A DNA stretch of 62,990 nt, filler included, from Saprolegnia diclina VS20 (lineage: Eukaryota): the NCBI RefSeq assembly GCF_000281045.1. It is 5 parts of 2 records of this genome, joined end to end, with 100 filler letters (N's around TTAATTAATTAA, not from the genome) between each part and the next. Parts side by side here need not be neighbours in the genome. Positions count along the whole stretch, not along the records: positions 1 to 29,170 come from NW_008246079.1; 4 more parts are not named here. The stretch is one strand, 5' to 3'. Positions within the stretch are counted from its first letter, which is position 1; each line of letters starts with the position of its first letter. The notes beneath the pieces were generated by a model. That model saw only the letters and a program-made list of their open reading frames with translations. It did no database searches and was not told the DNA's origin. Positions 12,609-22,745 of the stretch are shown piece after piece. The position numbers were made by a program, and so were the translations under genes.

Positions 12609-13775
12609 TTACCCCGCAAATTTATAGTTGTCCATCGTGTCGATATTGTACCCGCGGAGCTTGAGCTCGACAATCGTATCGCGAAACATAGTTGCGAGTG
12701 CCTTGGTGCTATAGTGGTAGTCGTGGGCGAGCACGACGACGCCGAGCCGGCGCGCGCCATCCTTGTTGGGTCCATCAAAATTGTGTTCGACCGCTTGGAC
12801 AATGCGGCACTTTTCAGCGTCGAGGTCGCGCATGTGGTCCTTGTCCCAGCGCCAATCGATGTCCCAGCCAAAGACGGCCCACGGTTTGCCCTGGAACGTC
12901 TCGTTCTTGCACGCAAGATGGCTGCCGCCCACGAGTTGGTCGGCAATACCGGTGCGCAGCGTCTGCTCGGCGCCCGACTCGGCGCCGTAGAGCGACCACT
13001 TGTAGTTTTTACCTGGCACACGCCACACGTTCGTGCACGGCAGCCGTGCGAGGCTCCAGATATTCGAGAGTTGGCGCGCATACTGCGCCAGCTCTTCCTT
13101 CGTGTCCCACAGTGTGTCGTTGGCCCACGCCTCTTGAAAGTGCAGCGCGCCACGTACAAAGTCCGAGGTCGCGTCGCTGCCACACGACGCGTACTTGTCA
13201 GCGATCTTGGTGAGCGCTGCCATCTTGGCGTACTCGCATTTCGTCGACGCCTCGTCGTAAAAGTGCGTGTCCGAGTGCGACGCGAGCACGTGCCCTTTCT
13301 TGATCGTCCAGACGGAGAGCTCGGTGATCTTGGGCTTGGCCTCGGGCTTGCACTGCAGCGTGAGCTCATATTTGGTCTCGGGCCCGCAAAAGTTGTAGCC
13401 CGACTCGAAGAACGTGACCTTGAACGGCGTTTGGTCGAGCGCCTCGAGGAGGTTTTGCCGACCGACCACCGATGGCCCGTCATCCATGGTCATGTACACG
13501 GTCTCGCCGGCCTTGACTTGACGCCCTCGCGGACACGAGATGGCCGTCGGCACCGGCGACAGAGGCGTGTACGGCGGCAGCTTGATGTTGCCAGGGACCC
13601 GTGGTGGCAACGTTGTCGGCGGTGGTGTCGTCGGTGGTGGCACCGTCGTCGGTGGCGGTATCGTGCTCGGGACGGGTGTTGTCGCGGGTGAAGGCGCCGG
13701 CGATGGGATGCCCACGCGGTCGTAGACGTCGAGCGCGACGGCGACGACGTGCCATGCAAGCGCGAGGCCAAACAT
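12609..13775 (-). CDS. Secreted CE4 (NodB-homology) polysaccharide deacetylase
   Basis: Hydrophobic N-terminus MFGLALAWHVVAVAL, Pro/Thr linker, and CE4 motifs TMDDGP, HSDTH, RLPC, GWDIDW, VLAHD. Confidence 0.85.
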   Translation of the reverse strand: MFGLALAWHVVAVALDVYDRVGIPSPAPSPATTPVPSTIPPPTTVPPPTTPPPTTLPPRVPGNIKLPPYTPLSPVPTAISCPRGRQVKAGETVYMTMDDGPSVVGRQNLLEALDQTPFKVTFFESGYNFCGPETKYELTLQCKPEAKPKITELSVWTIKKGHVLASHSDTHFYDEASTKCEYAKMAALTKIADKYASCGSDATSDFVRGALHFQEAWANDTLWDTKEELAQYARQLSNIWSLARLPCTNVWRVPGKNYKWSLYGAESGAEQTLRTGIADQLVGGSHLACKNETFQGKPWAVFGWDIDWRWDKDHMRDLDAEKCRIVQAVEHNFDGPNKDGARRLGVVVLAHDYHYSTKALATMFRDTIVELKLRGYNIDTMDNYKFAG

Positions 13776-14199
13776 CGCCGGCGGAATCACAGCAGATGTC
13801 GCTCGCAACTCGCGCCAGGTACCCAATTAGGACTTTCTAGGGCAAAGTCAGGCCAGAACCAGGATTCCAAGCGACGACCATGTGCAGCAGGTCCTTCCTC
13901 AAACATTTATACCGCGACCACAAATATATTTAAATATCAATAAATACTCTAGTAATTGTATGCAGTGATAGGCATGACGACGACATTTCGAAGCATGTGA
14001 TTCCATACGCCCAGCGCTGACGTGGCGCGAGTAATGCTGGCGAGAGTGGCCACACGTGGCACGTGGATAGGCAGAGATGGTATCCTGTCCGAATCTCATT
14101 GGCGTCTGGCTGGGCCCGAGCTTTCTCGTAGCTCGCATGGCGACGGGCCCGAGGCCCGAGCACGCAAAAGCCATCGATCGACATCATACACATCGATCT

Positions 14200-15363
14200 T
14201 TACACTTTTAGGCGATCGATCGTGTCCATGGCGTACCCCCGTAGCTTCAACTCGACGAGGAGGTCACGGAACATGGCAGCATTCTCAGGCGTGTTGTAGT
14301 GATAATCGTGGCCGAGCACAACGACCGCTTGACCCCGGCGCGGGTCGCGGCCAGTCCGGCTGAACTCGTGCTCGATCACTTGGACCATCCGGCACATCTC
14401 GGCGTGGGTGTCCTTGAGCTCTTTCCACGCCCACTCGACGTCCCACCCGGTCGTGAACCACGGCTTGCCCATGAATGCCTCGGGCTTGCACTTGTTGGTG
14501 CCGGTTGCAATTGCATCGGCAACGCCGATCCGCGCCGCCTTCTCGGCCGCTGACGTCTCGTGGCCCCAGCCTATGTCAAACTTGTAGTCGCCCGCCATGC
14601 GCCACACGTTGGAGCACGGCAGCCGCGCGTACGTCCACATATTGGCGACTTGCTTGGCGTACGCTGCCTTCTCGTCGGTGCTTTCCCAGAGCGCGTCGTC
14701 GGCGAGCGCCATGGTTTCTTGGAAGCGCAGCGCGCCCCGTACAATGTCGGCGGTCGCGTCACGGCCACACGATGCGTACTGCGGCGGCACGTTGGTCATC
14801 TCGCTCATCTTGATATAGGCGCAGTAACCCGTGCTCCGGTCGTACAGGTGCGAGTCCGAATGCGCGGCGAGCATGTGGCCCTGCTTGATGGTCCACGCCC
14901 AGAGCTCGATGGCCGGCAACTTGGCCGCGTCGTCGCAGTCGAGCACGAGGCCGCTCGTTTGCGGACAAATGTTGTACGCGCTTTCGTAAAAGGTGATTTT
15001 CTCGGAAATGTGGCTGAGCGCTTGGAGGAGGTACTTGCGGCTGCCAATGCTCGGGCCGTCGTCGAGCGTCATGTACACCGTGTCGCCGGCCTTGACCTTG
15101 CGGCCCGCCGGACACGAGATGGTCGACGGCAGCGGCTTGGCGGGCGGCGACGGTGGCAGCTTGGCTAGGCCCACGAGCTTCTTGAGCACTGGGACGATCG
15201 TTTTGTTTGTGGCATTCGTCGGCGCGGACGTCGGGGCAACGACGACGGCCGGCGGTGCCGACGGCGCCGGTGTCGCCTCCAGTGTGTTGACGGGACTCGA
15301 CGACGGCGACGTGAGCGTCCAGATCGCAATCGCAGCGTTCCACAAGACGAGGCTGCCGAACAT
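14200..15363 (-). CDS. Secreted CE4 polysaccharide deacetylase, tandem paralogue
   Basis: MFGSLVLWNAAIAIW N-terminus; TLDDGP, HSDSH, RLPC, GWDVEW, VLGHD; collinear with the neighbouring gene. Confidence 0.85.
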   Translation of the reverse strand: MFGSLVLWNAAIAIWTLTSPSSSPVNTLEATPAPSAPPAVVVAPTSAPTNATNKTIVPVLKKLVGLAKLPPSPPAKPLPSTISCPAGRKVKAGDTVYMTLDDGPSIGSRKYLLQALSHISEKITFYESAYNICPQTSGLVLDCDDAAKLPAIELWAWTIKQGHMLAAHSDSHLYDRSTGYCAYIKMSEMTNVPPQYASCGRDATADIVRGALRFQETMALADDALWESTDEKAAYAKQVANMWTYARLPCSNVWRMAGDYKFDIGWGHETSAAEKAARIGVADAIATGTNKCKPEAFMGKPWFTTGWDVEWAWKELKDTHAEMCRMVQVIEHEFSRTGRDPRRGQAVVVLGHDYHYNTPENAAMFRDLLVELKLRGYAMDTIDRLKV

Positions 15364-16070
15364 GGTGACGGTAGGGACTGCCGTTCGCAGTGGAGATGAA
15401 AATTTGAACTATAGCCGTTGGATTGTACTAGAGGCTTGCATCAATGGCCCTTGAGACCGGGCATCCTGCCAGATGGATAAGCGTTGCATACACGCCAAAA
15501 TGGTCGCCGGTTCGATCCTCTTCGACTGCACGACCAGTCAATTAAGCCAAGGGCACACTGCAACCTCGAAATGCACCGACCCGATCGACAGTAGCGGGCA
15601 CTTCGCAGCGTCGTTATTGCCCTTGTGGTGCTATCTTCTGTGGCGACGCGGACTGCTGATCCCTATCGTGGGTATGGCAAGTCCTCGATCACATGGAGAG
15701 TGGTCGGATTGCGCGTCCCCTGCGAAACGTTGACGCCGGCGTTCCTGAGTACGCTCGAGTGGTCATGTCGTCAAGTCGAAATTTGTATCGAGACATGTTA
15801 GCTCCTTGGGACGAACAACGTCCTGCGAGCGCTTCTTCTATGGGCATGGCTTGAACACCACGGTACAATCGCGCTCCAACGAACCCGCTAGGAATGCGTA
15901 TGGCAGGCCTGCGCGCGCAATGGCGCTCTGAGCTTCGATGGGCAACGTTCAGTGCGGGCTTGCCCTCGTCTTGTGGTTTGCCATGTATGTCGTCAACGCT
16001 CGTAGAGTAGTCAGGCGATTAACCCTTACCCGGACAACCGGTTCAACGCTTCCTATTAATACCAGCTGCC

Positions 16071-17209
16071 ATGACCGCCAAGGCGTACGTCGATGGCCTC
16101 CTCCGCGACGCCTGCGCCAACGTCGTTGCTCGCGTCGCGGACGACCGACCGTCGATCCCCGAGCCCCCCGACGACGATGACAACGCTCCGAACGAGATGG
16201 ACGCGTCACCGGACGAGGAATTTGTCCCTTGTTGGCAGCAGGAGCGAGACGAGACCGATGCGGACGACCCATGTGTCGGGTGGTCCACGTGCGAGGTGGC
16301 CCATGACGTGGCGACGGCTTTTGTCGATGCAATACTGGCGTCAGAGCAGCTCTACCTCCGAGCCAGCCCCGAACGTTGTGAGGAGCTAGAGCCTCTTCTA
16401 GACCCACCGACCCTGCAGGAATTGCGTGCTCCAAACGACGAGCCTCCCAGTAGTGGCCCGATCGACGAGCCGTGTGCTGAAATCGAACCACCCACCACAA
16501 CACCCACGGTCACGGACGACGCTGTTCCTGCGATGCAAGCATCTTCATCCGAGAGCGGTTCCGCCACTGCAAGAGACGTCACCACTGCTCCGTTGCCAGT
16601 CCAAGCACCGTCACCCGTGCAAGTATCGTCACCGCTCAAAGCTCCGAAAGCTATTCACAAGGCGGGTCGGCCGTACCCCGTGGCCCCTTCGACGACCAAG
16701 CCAGCGACTACGTACGTGCAGGCTTGACATGGAGCGACCCTGACAATCGTGTACGTAGGCGGACAAAGCGACCGATGCCGCCGTCCATCGGACTCAAGCA
16801 ACTCACGCCACCCCCCTCCTTTGCGTCGCTGGACATCTACCCCCAAGTGCTCACCGACGTCTCAATCTTCCCCGCGAGTCCGCGCAACGACAACCAGCCC
16901 GACGCCTTCGCATCCGCGTGCACCAAGCCGCCGTCGATGGCCAAGAGCTCACCAAAGAAGCTCGACCCGATCGTCTTCCGCGGCGGCAAGTACAAGGCGT
17001 ACTTTGCCTCTGGTCGCAGCGACGCGTCTCCTCGGGCCCGGCGTCTCAAGGCCGACGCCATTGTTACGACAACGCGTCACCACGACGGGTCGCCCGGGCC
17101 CCACCACCAAGTGTCGGGGTTTTGCCGGCAGTGCCTCCTCTACGGCGACATGCGCAAGCTCGCCGAGTGCAGCGAACACAACTATTTCCCGCCCAAGTCG
17201 ATCGCGTAG
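16071..17209 (+). CDS. Hypothetical protein (2 exons; acidic/Pro-rich N-terminal part, C-terminal CxxC..C..H segment)
   Basis: ORFs 16071-16727 and 16724-17209 join in frame through a 47-nt intron at 16712-16758 (GTACGT..CGTAG). Confidence 0.65.
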
Positions 17210-17249
17210 ACGACAATGTGTACATCAACAGAAGATAGTATGCTAAATA

Positions 17250-20200
17250 TCAAGCAACGTCGTACAAGCCAGCGACCTCAAGCTCGCGGATGCGGCGGCG
17301 GTCCGCGTCCAGAACGGTCGCGTCCGCATGGATGAGGAGGATGCTGCCGGGCGTCGTAAACATATCGATGGTTGGCTTGAGGCGGTCGCCGGGCTTGAGC
17401 AAGAGGTCTTTGCGCAGAAACGATGGCATGGCCGTGATTTCCTTGAGGCCCGGGTACCCCTGGAGGACGCCTTCGACGTACGAGACGAGCATGACCTCGC
17501 AGCCATACTGCGGCAGCGCCAGCGGCTACAAAAGACACCCAAAATCAATCTCAATCTCAAAAAACAAAACACCAGTACCCGCTCGGGCAGCGCGTCAAAG
17601 ACACTGTGGCGACCGAGGTACACGTCGACCGTCACGTCAACCTGGTTGTAGCCGACGCACGTGTCGGCGATCGGGACCCACGCGCCTTCGCCGCCATGGC
17701 AGCGCGCGCCAACCTCGATCAGCACGGGCGAGCCGCGGCAAAACTTGACTTCGCCGTGGCCCGGCCCGTGCTCAAACCCAAGCGCGTCGAGGACTGTAAA
17801 CTGATAGTCGATGAGCGCGTCGACAAGGCCGGGCGTCGCGGGCACGATCGAGAGGCCAAAGTACACAAAGGCGGCGTCGTTCACGCGGCGCTTGTCGTAC
17901 TTCCAGATGGCCGTCACCTTGTGCTTGCCGTTGCACGACACAGTGTCGATCACGTACTCGTCGCCTTCGAGAAACTCTTGGACGAGCACGGCTTCGTTCG
18001 TGAGGCCGAGGCCGTTGATCTTGCCGAGGATCGTGTGGAACGTGTCTTTTGCTTCGTCGAGCGAGAGACAGAGCGTGACATCTTCCGTGCCCGCGCTGTT
18101 GACGGGCTTGAGCACCACCTCAAACGTCTCCATCGCCAAGCGATCGATAAACGCTTTTACTTGCGCCCACGTCGTGCACTTGGCTTGCTGTACGGCGCGG
18201 ACACCGGCGTCTCGGAGCGTCTCGCCCATGAGGTACTTGTCCCGGCGCGCCAGCGTGTGCTCCATCTTGTTGCGCGTCAAGTTGAGGAGCGTCCCGAGCT
18301 CGTCCGCGAGGAGGACGCCCGTCTCGGCGCCAGGAAGCACCGCGATGATGTTGGCCCGTCGGTGCTCGATTGCATCGGCGACGCGCTGCAAAAGCACCGA
18401 CGTCGAGCTTGCGTCGCCCGTGTGCTCGGCCGTCGCCGCAAACTGCAGCGTGAGTCCATCTGGCACCAGACTCGCAACACCTTCCATCTTGTCGAGCCGG
18501 TCGCTGTACAGGCAGATGCACGCATAGCCGCGGCGGGTCACACGCTCGGCGACCACCGCGCCCGTCGAGAACGGGTCGACGACAACGACCACCTATCCAA
18601 TATGGCTTCGGCCACCACGACCCAAAGAGATACGACGGAGCTACCTCGAGCGGGTCTAGGACCGGACACGACGGCTCGATCGCGTACAAACCGTCGTGCT
18701 CCAGCGCACGGATGCGTGCATAGTCCGCCTCCAAAATGTCCTTGGAGGCGTGGACGAGCAAGATGCTGCCCGGCGTGTCAAACATGTCGCGCGTCGGCAC
18801 GACGCGGTCGCCCACTTTGGCGTGAAAGCTACTGGAGACATACGAGCCCAGTCGCGTAATCTCGTCGAGGCCCGGCAGCGCCGTGAGCGTGCCATGCTCG
18901 TAGGCCACGAGCATGGCCTCGCAGCCGTGTGCGCGCAACGTCGCGGGCACGACCGGGAGCGCGTCAAACGCCGGCTTGTCAAAGTACGCGTCGAGCGTCA
19001 CGCCGACTTGGTTGTAGCCAATGCACGGCGTCACGATCGGGATGTACGTGCCTTCGCCGCCATGGCAGCGCGCGCCAATCTCGACGAGGCACGGCTCACC
19101 GTGGACAAACTTGACTTCGGCGTGTCCCGGGCCGATGCGGATCTCGAGCGCATCAAGGACCTGCAAAATGTACGCAATGAGGCGCTGCGCCACGTCGCTC
19201 GACGCGTCGCGCAAGAGGACGCCATAGTAGACAAACGGCGCGCCATTGACCGGCCGCTTGTCGTACTCCCAGACCGCCACGACCTTGTGCACACCGTCGC
19301 GCGAGACGGTATCCACGACGTACTCGGTGCCGACGAGGTACTCTTGGACGAGCGTTGCTGTGTTTGCGAGGCCGAGGTGGTTGATCTTGCCCTGGATGTT
19401 GCCAAACGCGGCGCGGACCTCGTCCATGGACCGGCACAGCGTCACGTCGTCGCTGCCCGCGCTCTCGACGGGCTTGACAATCACCTACGACCGCATCTCG
19501 ATCAGAGGCAACGTGAAGGTTGAAGAGGTACCTCGAACGGATCCGGGCGCAAGTCGTTTTCGAGAAACGCCACAATCTCATTCCACGTCGTCGCCGAACA
19601 CTGCTTGACCGCGCGCAACTTGGCCGCTCGGATCTTCTCGCCCATGAGGTACTTGTTGCGCCGCGCTTCCGTGCCTTTGGCGCCGTTGGAAGCCAGTCCC
19701 ATGCGATCCGAGAGACGGTCGGCGAGGCACACGCCTGTCTCGGCGCCGGGCAGGACGCCCAGAATCGGGACGCCCACCTTCTTCAAGGCCGCGATCGTAG
19801 CCTCGAGCGCCGCGTCCGACTTGTCGGCGCCTACATAGAGTATCGTTGGCCACAAGAGTAGAGAGGGTATGCGTCGCTACCGTTGTGGTAGATTTCGGTC
19901 GTAAACTGCTGCCGCACGTCGGCGCGAATGTGCTGGATGAGCGGCTTCATGACGACAAGCGTGTCGCTGTAGAGCGCAATGCACGTGTACTCGCGCTTCA
20001 TGACCTCTTCCGCGAGCACCATGCCCGTCGAGAACGGGTCGACAACGACGATTGCGTGGCTGCCGCTATCCAGCTCTGGGATCGCAGAGAGGCCGAGGCT
20101 CTGCGCATCGCGCTCTTCCTTGGCATTGAAGTAGCGCTTGTGCAAGACGTCGCGGACCGCATCTTGGGTCTGGCGCATGCGCGGGTCAAAGGTTGCAGCG

Positions 20201-20415
20201 CGGCTGAGCTTCTTAAAGTCGGCGTGCGGGTGCGGGTGGTGCGGCAGCGGAATGCTCTTCCGCGGCAAGTGGATGCGCTCGTCAAAGGTCACGGCGCGCT
20301 GGTCGGCGCTAAGGAGGCGGAAGGACGACGGCGCGCGCGGGCTCGGCGCCGGCGACGCGCTGCTCTCGGTGGCGGCGACCGTCGGCGACGCGGCCGCAGA
20401 GTTGCTGTTGCCCAT
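17250..20415 (-). CDS. Two-module ATP-grasp ligase (L-amino-acid ligase, DdaF/NikS-like type) with a putative N-myristoylation start
   Basis: Five exons; introns 19880-19831, 19531-19485, 18644-18593 and 17578-17526 all restore frame. Two copies of VVVDPFSTG, PGAETGV, RRxKYLM, KPVxSAG, VQExLxGxEYVxD, HxEVK and ExGARCHGG. Starts MGNSNS. Confidence 0.85.
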
Positions 20416-21021
20416 GGCGTTGGCGGAATATTCGCAAATGGAGATCCGCCAACGTTGTGCGCAAGGAAATTTCGAAACGATCCACGGTTCAACCACACGA
20501 CATTTTTCTCGTTTTCACGTCTTTAACGTATTGTTTGTATGCAACATTTAATATTTACAATATTATGTTGAGTTTAGAAAAGATCCAAGGTTTTTTAAAG
20601 TGTCTTTTAATCGAGAAAAAGACACGGCAAATTGGAGGACCGGTTTCAGCGGCGTGGCTCTTGTAACGGTTGGATCCACGTACTAGCGACGAACTAGAAG
20701 GGACTGACTAACTAATTACACGCTAGGAGCGAGTCGACTACGTTTTTTGCGTCCAAGGGCAGGGAAACAGAAAGAGCGGGCGACGACCACGACTTCAACA
20801 TCGCGCGCTGGTCCCAAGCCAAAGATTCCGCCAGTGGCTTAGCTCTCGGGAGTATACTTGGAGGGATGGGGTAGCCAAGATACGAGCGAACGCTGGAGGT
20901 CGTCGTGTGGATGGCGCATGCTTCTCAGACCCGCAGCGGCGTCGAGTGCCGCAGTATCTTGACCGTGGCACGACTGGACGTGCGATCGTGGCCATCACTT
21001 CAACTTGGTTCCTCTATCCTT

Positions 21022-22372
21022 TTATAGACTAGTCCATTCATTCTGAGAGGATAAAAATCGAACCCGCGTTCTTTTTTTTGGCGTCGTTGTTCGTGGATGC
21101 TGTGCTGTCGAATATGCAGGACGGAAGAAGACCAAGTTGACGCCGAGCTGCACGGTGGGAAGAACAGCCAGCAACGACCAGAGCTGCATACGATGTATGT
21201 GTACTTGGTTATTCATCGTGGGCAAAGGTGAGAGCTCGTATGGCTTACTCGCCGTCCTTCCCAGACAAGTTGGAGATGATGGCGATGAGCGTATCCGCGA
21301 TGAAGCGCGGGAGGCGACGGTGCAGCAGCTTGCGCCACACAACTATCAAGTTGATACACACGTGAATATATCAAGTGCCGCGCGTACAGGTCAAGAAGAG
21401 CGACACGAGGAGCATGCGCACGTAGCGCAGCTGGAGCCACTGCGTCGCGCTCGTCCACGTCTGCAGCACTAACACACACGCTTGGTCGCGCGATTCGAGG
21501 TGCGCACGTACCAAGTTCTTCGGCGCGAAAGACCACTGAGCGCTCGACAATCGCCTGGAGCTGGTAGTGCTTCTCACGCAAAAGCGCGAGCTCCAACTAC
21601 ACGGCACAATGCGTATACGCATTGTCGAGACGAACGCACCTTGTGTTCGTGCACTTGGGCTTCGCTCGCCTTGAGCGCCTCGGTGGTGTGCGTTCGGACA
21701 AGGTCCAGCTGCCGCAGCTCGCGGGAGAAATGAGCATTCTACATCGCTTCAGCCCATTGCAGTGTGCCATCTCGCCGCGCTACCGTGTCGTGCGTGAGCG
21801 TGTTGACAGCGTCAGCCAGCGCCTCGTGGTCGACCACCTGCGTCTGGAGCTTGGTCTTGATCGCATCGAGCTCCTGCGCAAAGGCCGGGAGCCGGTCCAT
21901 GAGCGGCGGCGGCGTCGCGGGCGCCACTTCCGACGTCGCGCGACGCAAGCTCGGGCTCCGGCGCCAATTGTCCACCTATGGGCGCATTAGCCGTCGGCGA
22001 TGCCAGCCGCATACGAGGTCGTCGAGCGTCTTGATGTACTGCTGCATGGCCTGCTCCTTGCTGAGGTCGCCAAGCGCCTGCCACTTTTCCCTGCGCACCA
22101 TGGCACCTCGAGCAAAATGCGTCATGTCGACTACGTACCACGCCGCCAGCTCCAGCGTGTCGGTCGGCGCCTCGGTCGTGCACGCGCCGATCGTCGCTTG
22201 CTGGAAGAGCGCGTCCAAGGCGATGCGAACGGGCGACGCAGCATTCTTGAGAATGCCATGCGGCCCTACGCCGCCAGGATGGGTCATGCATCGTCGCCGC
22301 TGCTGCTGTACCTTGGTACGTCTGGAGGAAGAGGACGGCGGACGAGAAGTCCGACTCGAGCGACTGGCGCAT
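21022..22372 (-). CDS. Acyl-CoA-binding (ACBP) domain protein with coiled-coil and C-terminal hydrophobic segments (multi-exon; 3' end approximate)
   Basis: Spliced product MRQSLESDFSSAVLFLQTYQG..ALDALFQQATIGACT..AAWEKWQALGDLSKEQAMQQYIKTLDDL matches the ACBP signature; short GT-AG introns join the ORF pieces. Confidence 0.75.
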
Positions 22373-22745
22373 CTTGACGACGGACGTCAGCGACCGCTTT
22401 GGCTGGAACGGCGACAGCAGCATATCTCTACCTGGCAGACGCGGCCCGGCCTCGCGACCTGTTACGTCAACAAATAAACCTCTTACATTCGATACTTGTA
22501 TGCGTTTCAAGAGGTTTCTCGCCTGACATCTTGAAGTTAGCTTTTTGTATCGGCCCTTCAACCTCGTGCAGCCGCCGGAATGCACAAGTACGTCGCGCTC
22601 GGCTCGGACGTGTATAAACTAACCACAGTAGAAACCATAATGCCACAAACCTATATCATGTTGATGGATAAATTGGTATAATTCAACATTCGCAACAATT
22701 ATACAAAAATGAGCGTTGATTTGTGCACTTATGACGTTGAGCTGC

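Noticed and set aside
17526..17578. Apparent frameshifts in the ATP-grasp, FAAL, ARL8 and V-ATPase D ORFs
   Set aside because: The breaks examined are explained by short GT-AG introns that restore the frame; these are not pseudogenes.
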